A DNA stretch of 64,000 nt. Origin: Eremomyces bilateralis CBS 781.70 (taxonomy: Eukaryota). Each line of letters begins with the position of its first letter. The first letter of the stretch is position 1. A program made the translations under genes and the position numbers. This document shows, piece by piece, positions 24,954 through 37,900 of the stretch. Location of the stretch: assembly GCA_010015585.1 (NCBI GenBank), contig ML975160.1; one strand, given 5' to 3'. Under the pieces are notes generated by a model. The model was not told the DNA's origin and searched no databases. It saw nothing but the letters and a program-made list of their open reading frames with translations.

Positions 24954-27900
24954 ATGTGGCGACCTTGGGGGTCGACCAACGACGATGCGGACGCGCAATC
25001 TCGAACCCCAGTTGACAATGATGCCGCGCGACGAAACCCAATAGAGTCGCGACCAGATACTGCACCTCCTTCTATACAATTGGATGTCGATGCCAAAGAT
25101 CGAAGAAGACAGGTCGATGAGATGGGTCAGACGAAACCACGGTTGGGCGACGGAATCCAACCCGTAGTGGAAGGAAAAGAGAAAATGGCGGACACCAAAA
25201 CCGGGCTGATAGGCGACACGAGGAAAGCGGACAAATCGACGATAATACACCCCAGGACGCGTGCGCGTTTACGCAACCCATGGGCGGTCTCGCTGGTTGC
25301 GTTGTTGACGTTGCTGTCAGCGATTGCGCTCCTGTTCGCAATCGTCCAGTCATTCCTAACCAAGCAATTGGATCCGAAGGGATGCTCTATGTCGTATATG
25401 CGCCCATCGTTCGTGCACTTCTCGGATTTCGATACCGAACACACCAGATTTGCGACGAAGTATAATTTGTTCTTATATCGGGAAGGCGAGATTGATGAGG
25501 ATCCACGGGTATGGCACAGCATACGAGAGTGTTCAATGAGTTGAATTGCTAAGACATCGCAGGTCAAAGGCGTCCCCGTCATCTTCATCCCCGGAAACGC
25601 CGGTAGCTACAAGCAAGCCCGCTCCCTCGCCTCCGAGGCGGCATACCACTTCTACAATTCCATCCGACCGGATGACGATGCGATCAAAGCTGGGAAGGCC
25701 CCCCTCGACTTCTTCTCCGTGGACTTCAACGAAGACATAACCGCATTCCATGGCCAGACGTTGCTCGATCAGGCCGAATATCTCAACGATGCCATCGCCT
25801 ACATTCTCCGACTATACCATAGCCCTTACCGCTCCATCCGCGATCCCAACCTCCCTGATCCGAGCTCCGTCATACTTGTTGGTCATTCGATGGGAGGTAT
25901 CGTAGCTAGGACGATGCTCAGCATGTCGAACTATCAGGCCAATTCCATCAATACAATTATAACCCTCTCCGCTCCTCACGCACGACCGCCAGTCACCTTC
26001 GACGGTGCGGTCGTCCGGATATATAACGAGCTCAACGACTACTGGCGCGAAGCGTACTCTCAGAAATGGGCGAACGACAACCCACTCTGGCACGTTACAT
26101 TGATCTCCATCGCGGGCGGTGGTCTGGACACCATCGTCCCGTCGGATTACGCCAGCGTTGCTTCTATCATCCCGGAAACGCACGGGTTTACGGTTTTCTC
26201 ATCGACCATTCCAGAAGTTTGGACCGGAATGGACCATCTTTGCATCACATGGTGCGACGAGCTGCGGAAAGCCGTCGTCCGAGCATTGTACGACGTTGTG
26301 GACGTGAGCCGCCCAGTGCAAACGAAGCCGCGAGCGGAGAGGATGCGCGTCTTTAAGAGGTGGTTCCTGAGTGGACTGGAACCAATAGCAGAGAAAACCT
26401 TGCAGCAGAAGGAGGCTCATACGCTGTTGACGCTGGATGATCCGAGCATCGCTTTGGCAGCCGGAGATCGTTCGGGGTCGACGCTAATGGACCCCACTGG
26501 TCATATGAAGTTGCAGTTACTAAGTGTACCGCGACGGAGCTCTGCAGCGGGACAGCAGTTCAAATTCCTCTCAACCCATCGGATCACCGATAGTCAAGAA
26601 ACGAAACTCCACGTTCTTGTCTGCAGCGTCTACTCCGCCCACCCCGGCCGCGCCGCGGCATTTTTTACGAGTACGTTCGAATTCTCGAAAGACCCCTCTC
26701 CTAAAACACGCCTGGCCTGCAAAGATGCCGCTGCAGATGTTATCAAGCTGCCAGCCTCGACGGTGTGGTCGAAGCAATCTTTCGAGAAACAGGAACCGTT
26801 CAATTATCTGCAATACAATGTGGAGGAGCTGGGGGATGTGCAATTCATCGCGATCGTGACTCGTGGCGGAGAAAATGAGGGGAGGGATGAATACCTTGCT
26901 GAAATTAGTAGGAAGGAAGAGGCGGAAATCAAGGTTGATACTGGACTGCGGGAGCTGGTCCTGCACGGTGTCAGTGTCAAATTCCCAGAACGAAGACCCC
27001 TTTCCGTGGAGGTGAAGATCCCGGCGCTGCGATCAAGCCTGCTCGCGTATAAGCTCTCCTTGACAGACCAGTCTTGCACTGGAACGCAGCCAGAATTATT
27101 CCGACCATTGCTCCGTCAGTATGTTACGGACGTCTATGAGTCGCGGTTCTTCGTCAATGTGAAGGACATCGACATCAACCTCCACGGCGTGGCACCGTAT
27201 CTGCCTCCATCATACATGGTGCACGGCACCTCCAACGGCCTTGCCCTGCAGCTCTGGTCCGATCCGACGTGCGGCAGCCCGATGGAGATCCGGCTCCAAG
27301 TCGACATCCAGGGCAGCCTGGGCAAGCTCTGGATGCGATATCGCACCGTGTTCGCGGCCTTTCCGCTCGTCATCGTCGCGCTGGTTCTTTGGGGGCAGTT
27401 TTCATCGTACGATGAGACGGGGATCTTCATGAGCTTCGCGGAGAGCATGAACCAATCCTTCCGTGGATCGATCCCGGCATTCGTCCTCGGACTCACCGTC
27501 CTCACGCTCGCTCTATCCACGCTCGCTCTATCCACTCCGTCCACTCCCGCGTTGAGCGCCGCATCCACATCAACCGTCTTCGGCTCCCCATTCCTGACGG
27601 CGATATTCCACCCCTTCCTCGCCGCCACGCACAATAACCTCCTCGGCCTCTCCGACCCCTTCTTCTGGTTCCTCGTCCCGCTCTTCGCCCTCATAAGCGC
27701 CGGTCTCTGCATCCTCATCAACTACACCCTCTCCCTCCTCACCCTCGTCCTGTCCTTCATCTACGCCAAGTTCCACTACCCCCGCGCTGACGACAGCCGC
27801 CGCTCCGCCACCTCCTTCGCCGTCACCACCACTCGCCAGCGCCTCGCCACCACTGCCGTCCTCCTCCTACTCGTCTCCACCGCCATCCCCTACCAATTCG

Positions 27901-28516
27901 CCTTCCTGGTTCTGTGCATCGTGCAGCTCGCCACGGCGGTGCGCGCGGTGCGGTTGGCGCGGGACACTGCGGCACGGGTGGAGGGAGAGGGGAACGCGAA
28001 TTTCTCGAACTACGCGCATAGCGTCCTGGTGCTGATGATCTGGATCCTGCCGATCAATGTCCCGGTGCTAGTGGTGTGGATTCGGAATCTCGCGGTGCAG
28101 TGGATGACGCCGTTCGCGAGCCATCATAACATCCTTAGCGTGATGCCGTATATATTGTTGGTGGAGACGTTGAGTACGGGGCGGATGGTGATGCGGATCT
28201 CCTCACGGTATGTTTGCCCTCTCTCCTTTATTCTCCCCCCTTCTTAGAACAGATTCGACTTGTATGAGACTTGATTTGCTGACCCTCATCCAGCCTCAGC
28301 CTCGTCACCAGCGCCCTCCTCTTCTCTCTCGCGCTCTTCGCCGCCATCTACGGCGTCTCCTTCGCATACATGTTGCACCATATCGTCAATCTTCTCTGCG
28401 CGTGGCTTGCGCTCGTCCATTTCGCCGCGACCGACTGCTCCAGACAAGGTGTAAATCGACTGTTCGGAACCACCCTGAACGTCGCGAACGGCCCGGTAAA
28501 AGAGCGCCCGCAATAA
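24954..28516 (+). CDS. BST1: GPI inositol-deacylase (PGAP1/Bst1)
   Basis: Introns 25509-25562 and 28208-28293. Motifs GCSMSYM, VIFIPGNAGSYKQ, lipase GHSMGG, GMDHLCITWC; multi-pass C-terminus. Confidence 0.93.
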
Positions 28517-29102
28517 TCGCGGCGCCGGTTTCTTTGTGTTTATTCTGTCCTGGTACTGCGGGCGGGAACGGGGGATATCTGGGACGGCGTTCGATCGGGG
28601 CATCCGCATGTTCGGGACATGGTATCGAATAGATTCGGGGGTTCTTGCCTGCTAGGCCGTATGTACGATTGCGACAGGAGAACTGCATAAATTTTGTTTT
28701 ACTGCAGCGGACGGTGGCAGCTAGTGCGGGGCTTGAGCCTTGAGCTCTTTGGCAGGGAATTCCATGGAGGTGTAACTTCGGGTAGAAGGAATGAAACTTA
28801 ATGGAAGAGGATCTTGCTGTGGACTCATGACTTTTCGTTCGTTTATAGCCTTTGAAGTTTATCGTCATCTCGCTGCCTTCTACGTCTATACTAATGCCAC
28901 CGGAGGTTCCAGGCCTTACGCGAGGCCCTGAGCCGCTATTTATCTTCTCATCTGCCTTGATCCTAACGCTTTTGCCTTGTTTTCATCCTTGGTTTGTTTT
29001 GCAGTCAAGTTACTGTGCTAGGGATCGAACTACCTAAGGGCAAGGAATCCACCACGGAAGGGTTTGCCAGTCCACGCGCATTTTGATATCATTCAGCAAC
29101 CC

Positions 29103-31286
29103 ATGTCTTCGAGCCAGTTTCAAGGCGAGACCCGCGATGCCGCCGGTCAGAGTATTGAAGTAACTAAAGGAGCCGAACAGGCACGGCTATGCAAAGCATG
29201 CAAGAAGATCTTCCAGACGGATCTGCCAGGCTATCAGAACGGGATATCGAAACATAAATGGCGCGAGGACCCGCACCACCAAACCAGCGAAAATTTCAAA
29301 GATGCAATTACGCACGGGTGCTGGATCTGTCACCGCTGGTTCCACACGGTTCTTGTTAATCAGCGTTATAGCGGGCAATCCGGTGCTTCGGTGGCCGCGA
29401 TATGGGCCAGATGGCAAGAGGTCGATGGCCAGAAACAGCCACATGACGACTTGGGGTTCGGTTTCTCGGGGTACCGTGGTGACCCTAGGTCTGGGAGCTT
29501 TTTTTTATTCCTTGATGAGCGGTACTCCTCGCGTGACTACCGATACCTGTACAACCTCACCTTCTGCTGTACGTATTCCGATCCGCGAATGCGACAAAAT
29601 CCCGAGCTGACATCAAGGTGTGCAGACACTCACGATCCAGTCCGTCATTATACCCCCCAATCGGGTTTCACGGGCTCGGAGGAGTGTCTCGTTCAGGCTA
29701 AGAGATGGATTCAAACTTGCACCCAGTCGCACAGAAAATGTAACAGCGCTGATAAAGAGGACTGGTATCCGACAAGGCTCCTCGACATTGGAAACCAGGA
29801 AGACCCTTCATTGCGTCTTGTCCTGAAATCAGAGGAACGGTTTCAAGGCGGATACGCCTCCCTAAGCCATTGCTGGGGCAAGTTTCAAATTGCTCGCCTG
29901 CTCAAATGCAATTTGGGCGCACTTCGCAAGAGCATCGATCCCAAGACGTTATCAGAGACTTTTCAGGAGGCTATTAATGTTACTCGTTTTCTCGGGGTGC
30001 GATACATCTGGATCGATTCCCTGTGTATCGTTCAGGATGATGATATGGACTGGATGCAAGAGTCAGCGCAGATCAAGGATGTGTACAGCAGAGCACTCAT
30101 AAATCTGGCAGCATCAGCGTCGACAGATGGGTCAGGAGGACTTTTTCGAAGCCGGCGTCCAGATCTGCTGCCGGCGTTCACGACTGCCACATCCTGGCCT
30201 GGTAAAGAGCACATTTGCGTCTGGAATGATACATGGTCAATGGAAGTCCGAGACGCCCCTCTGAACCAACGCGGCTGGGTGTTACAGGAGCAGCTCTTGT
30301 CTCCTCGCATCCTCCACTTTGGCGAGAGCCAGGTATACTGGGGGTGCTCTGAGATGGACGCGTGCGAAATATTTCCGAATGGCCGGCCACATCATGTGGT
30401 TTATGAATGGGGGAAGAACCGGGATAGTTTCGCTCCTCACTTGAGGAAGAGTAGTCCAGAGGAACTAACCGACACTGACCGCCATGCCGAGCTCTCATAC
30501 CGATGGCGATCGTTGGTTGAAACTTACAGTCTCTGCCATCTAAGTTATGAGGACGACAAACTCGTTGCCTTCAGCGGTATTGCCAAATACTACCAATTCG
30601 AAGGGAACAATGGTTACCTCGCCGGTCTCTGGCGATCGGACCTGCTGGTGCAGCTTCTTTGGGCTGCCAACCATGAACGTCACTTTATTTCTACTGAAGG
30701 TCCCGAGAAACCAAGGCAATATCGTGCGCCGTCATGGTCCTGGGCTGCCGTTAACGGACCAGTCGTTTACTACGTTGCTCGGCGAATCTCGGAAGGCTTA
30801 GAGGTGTGGATGGAGATCCTAGAGGCGTCAACAACGGCATTGTATGGAGGCGACCTGTTCATGCAACTGTCAGGTGGATATATCGTCGTTAAAGGCGTAC
30901 TGTCTACAACCAGTACCACGCTCAAAAGGTCTGGCACACAGTTTGCACTCCAGCAGGAAGAATACCCACCGACGAGGGATGAAAGCCGCCGAGCCTTTAA
31001 CTTTGGCTACATGGATGTTGCGCATGGTATAGAGACAGTGACAGGCGTGTATTGTTTGCTCGTGACAGCGAACAGCGATCCGACGGACCCAGGCGTGAAG
31101 TGGCGAGGTCGATATCTGCTTCTCAAGAAAGCGTGTGACCAACCTCAGGGGTATTATGAAAGAGTCGGTGTTTTGTTTTCCGGAGGCACCCCATTTCGGG
31201 ATACCGCTCGAGGCTGGAAAGATAGCATTAGCAGTCAGCCGCAGGATTACTTGGAGGGCACGCCCGGAAACATCGTCCTGGTATAG
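29103..31286 (+). CDS. HET (heterokaryon incompatibility) domain protein, intronless
   Basis: WIQTC..H..C, PTRLLDI, YASLSHCWG, TFQEAI..LGVRYIWIDSLCIVQDD, PLNQRGWVLQE, DKLVAFSGIA, YRAPSWSWA, YERVG. Confidence 0.93.
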   Translation: MSSSQFQGETRDAAGQSIEVTKGAEQARLCKACKKIFQTDLPGYQNGISKHKWREDPHHQTSENFKDAITHGCWICHRWFHTVLVNQRYSGQSGASVAAIWARWQEVDGQKQPHDDLGFGFSGYRGDPRSGSFFLFLDERYSSRDYRYLYNLTFCCTYSDPRMRQNPELTSRCADTHDPVRHYTPQSGFTGSEECLVQAKRWIQTCTQSHRKCNSADKEDWYPTRLLDIGNQEDPSLRLVLKSEERFQGGYASLSHCWGKFQIARLLKCNLGALRKSIDPKTLSETFQEAINVTRFLGVRYIWIDSLCIVQDDDMDWMQESAQIKDVYSRALINLAASASTDGSGGLFRSRRPDLLPAFTTATSWPGKEHICVWNDTWSMEVRDAPLNQRGWVLQEQLLSPRILHFGESQVYWGCSEMDACEIFPNGRPHHVVYEWGKNRDSFAPHLRKSSPEELTDTDRHAELSYRWRSLVETYSLCHLSYEDDKLVAFSGIAKYYQFEGNNGYLAGLWRSDLLVQLLWAANHERHFISTEGPEKPRQYRAPSWSWAAVNGPVVYYVARRISEGLEVWMEILEASTTALYGGDLFMQLSGGYIVVKGVLSTTSTTLKRSGTQFALQQEEYPPTRDESRRAFNFGYMDVAHGIETVTGVYCLLVTANSDPTDPGVKWRGRYLLLKKACDQPQGYYERVGVLFSGGTPFRDTARGWKDSISSQPQDYLEGTPGNIVLV

Positions 31287-32223
31287 GCTGCCAAAGCGGA
31301 GAATCGTATCTGCTCCCTAAACCAAAAAGGAGATCATAGCGGAACTTTAATTTCACGGGGAAAGACGGGGTGCATACTCGCACGGCGGAGGTGGGACTGA
31401 TGCAGAGTCAATAACGAGACCTGCAACGCCTACAATTCCAATAGAATCGACGGCGTTCCACCATATGTTTTGGACCATACTACAGCAATACCGATTTACA
31501 TGAATCTATCCTCGGGACGCTTCTCTGTTAACGCGCTACCGCCGCACGAATTTTGGTTGAACGGGTTGATTGTCGCCCGGCGGGGATTTATTACTTGAAT
31601 GAAGGCAGCCATTTTCAACAAGTAAACGACTGAATGATGCTGCTCGAGAGTCGAGAGTCGCCACACGAGAAGTGCACCCGCTCAAGGACTACTGTGACTC
31701 TGGCGTCGGAAGACTGCATGCGCCGCAAGTAAAGATCTCTATCATATTCCAGATTGGCCCTTCCACTGGCATACAACCCCGGCCAAGGTAATGAGACTAA
31801 GAAGATAGCCTGGACAGTCGTCCGTAGGACTATTTGGAGGCTAGACTGAGAAACATCGTTCTGATATCGCGCCTCTGATGCCCACCTCAGAACACTTGCA
31901 GAGCTGAGTAAAAGGCGTCTGGATTAATGTGCTGTCGTTCGTGTTGAAATGAATGACTTGATAATAGACCATAAATTCATTTGACCACATATTTGAATCC
32001 AATAGGCACCCACTGTTGGTGATATACTTTATATCTGGAACATGAACGTGTGAAGGATGGAGGTGAAGTCTGAATCGCAGATCGGCCCCACTCCAATGCA
32101 CGGACCAGCAAATTTTGACATCTCGCCGAGAAAAAGTTCGACCAGATTTCCTGCAGACACCAGTATTGAATACGCCTATCGCAACTGTTTCAAGCCCTGT
32201 TTAGAGTTGCAAACGTGTCCAAG

Positions 32224-34662
32224 ATGGCCATCGATGATGATTTCATCCTGACAATCTCCGATAACGACGAGGACATTCTCGTGGCGGACGAGGAAGAGAC
32301 CGCGGAGCCTCCAACGGCACCCACCACTTCACGGAAGCGAAAGCACGAAGAAGTTGCCGGGAAAGCGAACGGGACGAAGAATGTGAAGAAGGCGAAGAAT
32401 AAAGGCTCAAAGAAAACCAATGGAGCGAAAGGCAAACCGCAGCCGGAATCTTCAGATGAGGAAGAGGACGAAAACCAATACTGGGCGGATGGAGGTGAAG
32501 ATGACGGAGCCATTGACTCGGATTTCGAGTTCCAAGTTGGAGACGGCGGTGTTACAATCGATGATGAGTTTGACGGCTGGGGACTGAGTGCGTCGAAAGC
32601 TACAACCGATGCGAGTGTCAAGAAAGGTGTCGACCTTGACCAGATCATCGAGCGGAGAAGACAGGCGAATGGAGAGACCAATGGAGACCCTGAAAACAAA
32701 GGCGACGCTATTGGAGATGAGGACGCGTCCCCTGTAAGCGATGGCAGCGACGAAGACAAGGAAGAGTTTGGAGGCTTCAGCGAGGAGGAAGATGTTGACC
32801 CAGCCGAGTTTGGCGCCGCACTTTCGGGCGCAGCAAATGGGCATGACGACTCCGAAGACGATGAGGAAGAGGATGAAGCCCTTGATGGAAATTCCGAGGA
32901 AGAGTCAGAGGCAGAGCCTATGGCACACCCAGACGATATCTCCGATGCCTCCGATTCCGAACCCGATGCCGAAGAACAGGCCAAGCGGACAGCATTCTTC
33001 GCCCCGGAACCAAAGGCTGCAAAGGGTGCTAAAGGGGACAAAGGCAAGAAAGAGTCAAATGGTTTCCAGGCAATGTCACTCTCGCGTCCAGTTCTTCGAG
33101 GTGTCGACGCCGTTGGTTTCACTACACCTACCCCCATTCAAGCGAAGACTATCCCCGTCGCGCTGTTGGGCAAGGATATTGTCGGTGGAGCTGTTACGGG
33201 TTCCGGAAAAACTGGTGCATTCATCATTCCCATAATCGAGAGACTGTTGTACCGACCGAAGAAGATCCCCACTACGCGAGTAGCGATTCTCATGCCGACT
33301 CGAGAGTTGGCAGTACAGTGTTTCACCGTCGCGAAGAAGTTGGCCAGTTTCACCGATATCACGTTTGCGCAAATTATCGGTGGATTTAGCCTCCGAGAGC
33401 AAGAAGCTGTCTTGCGTAGTCGGCCGGATGTGGTGATCGCCACGCCGGGTCGTTTTATTGACCACATGCGGAACAGCGCCAGCTTTAATGTAGAAATGTT
33501 GGAGATCCTAGTGCTGGATGAAGCCGATCGAATGCTTGAAGACGGATTCGCGGATGAGTTGAATGAGATTCTTACGGAGATTCCGAAAAGCCGCCAGACC
33601 ATGCTCTTCTCAGCCACGATGACCCAGAGCGTTGATAAGCTGATCCGAGTCGGGATGAACCGTCCGGTTAGACTTCTAGTGGATGCGAAGAAGCAGACGG
33701 TCTCCGGACTCGTGCAGGAATTCGTCCGCTTACGACCGGGCAAGGAAGACAAGCGTCTAGCGTACCTCCTGTACATCTGCAGCAACCTCTACACGAACCG
33801 CGTCATCATATTCTTCCGTGCCAAGAAGCTCGCCCACCGCGTCCGCATCATCTTCGGTCTCTGCGGGCTCAAAGCCGCCGAGCTACACGGAAGCATGAGT
33901 CAAGAGCAGGTAAGCATAGTTTCCCCCGCTCATTTCCCCAACCGATACTAACACCACCAGCGTATCCAAGCCGTCGAGTCCTTCCGCGCCGGAACCGTCT
34001 CTTTCCTTCTCGCCACCGACCTCGCCTCCCGTGGTCTCGACATCAAAGGCGTCGAAACCGTCGTCAACTACGAAGCGCCCCAATCGCACGAGATCTACCT
34101 CCATCGAGTCGGACGAACGGCTCGTGCCGGCCGTACCGGCCGTTCGTGCACGCTCGCCGCAGAGCCCGATCGCAAGGTCGTGAAGGCGGCGGTCAAGTCG
34201 GCACGGGAGCAGGGTGCCAAGATCACGAGCCGGACGATCCCGCAGGACGAGGGGGATGCATGGGCGAAGAAGTTGGAGAAGCTGGAGGAGGAGGTGGAGG
34301 AGGTGTTGCAGGAGGAGAAGGAGGAGCGGGCGATGGCACAGGGGGAGCGGGATATGAAGAAGGGGGAGAACTTGATGGAGTTCCAGGAGGAAATTATGAG
34401 CCGGCCAAAGCGGACGTGGTTCGAGACGGAGGCGGATAAGAAGAAGGCGAAGGAGGCAGGGCTGAAGGAGTTGAATGGGCCTGGGGAGGAGAAGGGGAAG
34501 CGGGTGAAGAAGAAGTTGAGTAATAAGGAGATCAAGAAGGCCGAGGCGAAGGATCAGAGGAAGGGGGAGAAGATGTGGAAGAAGGGGAAGGACGCTGGGC
34601 AGGAGAGGGTGGTGAAGACGGGGAAGAGCGCGAGGAGGAAGACGGGAGGAAAACGAAAATAA
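32224..34662 (+). CDS. DRS1: DEAD-box RNA helicase Drs1/DDX27 (60S biogenesis)
   Basis: Q-motif [38 protein letters not shown]-terminal SRPKRTWF. Intron 33910-33960. Confidence 0.93.
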
Positions 34663-34946
34663 TTCAATTAGCCTTGTTTGGTTGATGCAGTAGTTTTGGA
34701 TATACCCAGTGGTCTTGATAGACATGAGCTGAATGCGATATCTGCTTGCCTCGATCCATATCGTACATTCCGTGTCTCGAGTTCTCGTGGTAAAGCATGA
34801 AGCGTCACCTACCAAGACTCTTACAAAAACACCTGCCGAGAAAAGCCCCGGGTGATCATACAAGACGCCCAATCGAACCCGAATTCAAGCAAAGCTATCC
34901 TACCCATGCTAACCAATGCAGGTCTGTCGCATCTCGTGCACAAGCA

Positions 34947-37900
34947 TCAATCCCTTCCAAGACACACGCCAACAGCAGCGCTCAATCCCAGCACTTTGAG
35001 CCGACCCTTCACCGCCGGTGCACCACCAAACGCAACCCCATCTTCCCACCCTCGGACGACGTCCTTCAGATCGCGCGGGAACCCTTCCAGCACCACGGTG
35101 CCGACAGGGACGAAGGGGCGGTCATCGACCGACACCGCGAGGATGCTGTAGTCGTATGCGAACTGCAGCGCCGCGGTGAACAGATGCGGGGAAAATTTGG
35201 ACGCGGGGCCGGGGAGGCTGTGAGGATTGTTAGCATATCGAAGGATAGTGATAGACGAGGACGTGCGGCGACGAGAGGAGAGGAGCAACATACACATAAA
35301 TCTCACACCACCCATCCACCACCCAAACGCTCTCCGCATCCCAATCCCGCACCAAACACGGCTTCAACTCCCTCACCTCCACCTCCCCCCTTCCCACCTC
35401 CCCAACCCGAAAACATCTCACCCCCCACCGCTCCGCCAACGGCTTCTGCCGCCAACTCTCTGTCATCCGCGGCAACAGCCGCCGCACCCGTTCCACATCC
35501 CCCCGCTCTCTCGCCCACTCGTCAAACACGCTCAGAAACCGCCCGTCCTCCTGGCCCCCTTCCACCTCCACCACCTCCGCCCCAAGATCCATCGCTAAGT
35601 CCATCGCAATCAACCGCGCGCATCCTACCTCCTCCGCATGCGTGCCCTGGCCCTTCCAGAGAAACAGGGTTTTCACGGTCGGCGCGTGCACAACGTACGC
35701 GAACCCGTTACACAGTTTCCGCACGCTGATCGGCGCCGTCTCGTCGAACGCCACGTGACCGAGATGCCGTCGTGCGCAGAGCACGAATGGGCCTTTCTTC
35801 ACGCCGACAGCGGGGTCAACGGCACCGTCAAACGAGATGACGACGCCGCCCAGCGCGGCGAACAGCGCGGGCGGCTCGCGGCCCTGGGTGACGACGGTGA
35901 GAGGGGTGGCGTCGGCGCCGCCGAGCTGGCGGACGGCGGTGCGGGCGAAGAGTTGGACGTCCTCGGCGGTGGAGGGGGGAATGGCAGCGCCGAGGTGGAG
36001 GAAGGCTTCGAGGAGGGTTTTGGGGGAGGAGGGGGTGGTGAACCAGTGGAGGATGAGGGAGATGGAGGTGGAGGAGAGGATGTGGTCTTTGCCGGGGGGA
36101 GGGGTAGTGAGTTTGCCGGTGGGGGAGAGGAGGGCGACTTTGGTGTGGTGGGTTCTGTGGGGGGAGGGGGGGAGAGGGTCGGTTTGGAGGAGGGTGAGGG
36201 CGTCGATGTCGGGGTTGGTTGGTGGGGAGTGGGGGAGGGTGCCGAAGAAGGTGGTGAGGAGGGTCGAGGCTTCGGCGTGCGCTTTTGATGGGGAGCGTTG
36301 CGGTTGTGGGTTTGGAGATGGTTGGGAGGGGGTGGAGCGCGCGGGCGTAATGAGCTCGGTTGATACGGGTGGTTTGTGTGGAGAGGGAGTGCGCGGTGGT
36401 GGTGGTCGCATCTCAGGGACCGCTGTTGGTCGTGAGAAGTTCCTCCTGACTGTTGGGCTGAATTGAGGGAGTACTGGTTCGCTACTCTTCGATTTCGTCT
36501 CCCTGTCCTCGCTTGCGCGTGACATAGTTGAGTTGAATGGCTGTGCAGGTGATCCATCCACTATACCTTTTGGCTTCTCTGCTTGCGGTTGTATTGGCTT
36601 CGGTTTCGACGTCGGAGATGCACTAACCGGTTCAATCTGCGAGGCACGTTTCTCGAACACTCCCACGCGACCCTTCACCGGACTCTGGCGGCCGTTAGGA
36701 GGCTGACCGTCGCTCATCGAATGCCCAGGTGCCTTGCCATTGTTCTCAGCAGTGTCGATCTTCGCAGACATGGTCATGATTGGTTTCGGCGAGATAGCGG
36801 GTCTATCGACACTTTGCGGCTTCTTAGACTCCACGGGCTTGAACGTCGATGGCGATAAAACCTTTGGCGACGATGCCGGAGGAGTGGCCATTCCGGACGC
36901 TATGTTCTTCGCCCGGTCTGCGACCATCGCTCCGATGGAGAAGGAACTTTTTTGCGCGGGGGTGGGGGCAGTGGGCTTGGTGACGCCCCGTGACGCCTGT
37001 TCTGGTTCTGCGAATTCGGGCGACTTCGCGAGCTGCTTTGCGGAGCTCGGCGTGTTCGGCATCGCGTCAACATCGGCCTTCTTTAGCGGTTCCTCCTTCG
37101 CCGCCTCGGTCTCAGCGCTTGGGGTTGGGTCTTGATTCCCCTTGTCCGTCGCACCCGTCTTCGGCGCCCTCCTCTTCGGCCCTCGTGCCCTCCCCTTCGT
37201 CATATGCGTCAACCCCGTCTCCTTCTTCGCTTCAGGTTGTCCACCCGGCCCCGAGTCGCTGCTGGATCCAGGGGCTCTATTTGCGGGCGGCGGGCCGCGA
37301 GCTAACATCGCTGCAAGACCAGGATTGAACCGCCCTGCGAGCTTGGATGCCGGCTTCGCAGTCGCCGAAGAGGATGAGTTTATCGCTGATGGGGTCGGCA
37401 GAGTCCGTGGTTCAGGAACGGATCGCGACTTGAGGAGAACAGGCATCGATTCTGTTTCCGTGTCGACCTTCGCGGGGACGTCTCTGGAAGCAGGCTTCTC
37501 TGTGGCGATTGTAGCAGACTTCGAGGTGATAGCGGGGGGGCGAGCAGGCTTTGAATCTCTCTGCGCCTCCCATGACCGCACCGGGGCTACCGTTGTTACT
37601 GGCTTCTCCCACGAGTTCTTACTCCTGATCGACGGCTTCGCCTCCTCCCTATTCTCCTTCTCCCCGCCGGTCTTCTCCTTGCTATCCCTCTTCCACGTCC
37701 CTCCACTAACACTCCCACCTCTCCCCAACCCTCGCCCCACCGCCAACGCCTCCGGCGTCTCCTCCCTCTCCGCCCTCTTCTCCTTCTCCGCATTCCGCAC
37801 ACTCCCCTGCTCCTCGACTTTCTGCCGCATCTCGTCCTTCTTCCGCAGAATGTCCTCCTTCAGCTCGTCCTTCCGCTCGCGCGGCTTCGGCCCCCCCGTG

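Noticed and set aside
21624..31286. ABM, lipase-motif and HET genes considered as a secondary-metabolite cluster
   Set aside because: No backbone enzyme in the window, and BST1 is a housekeeping gene.
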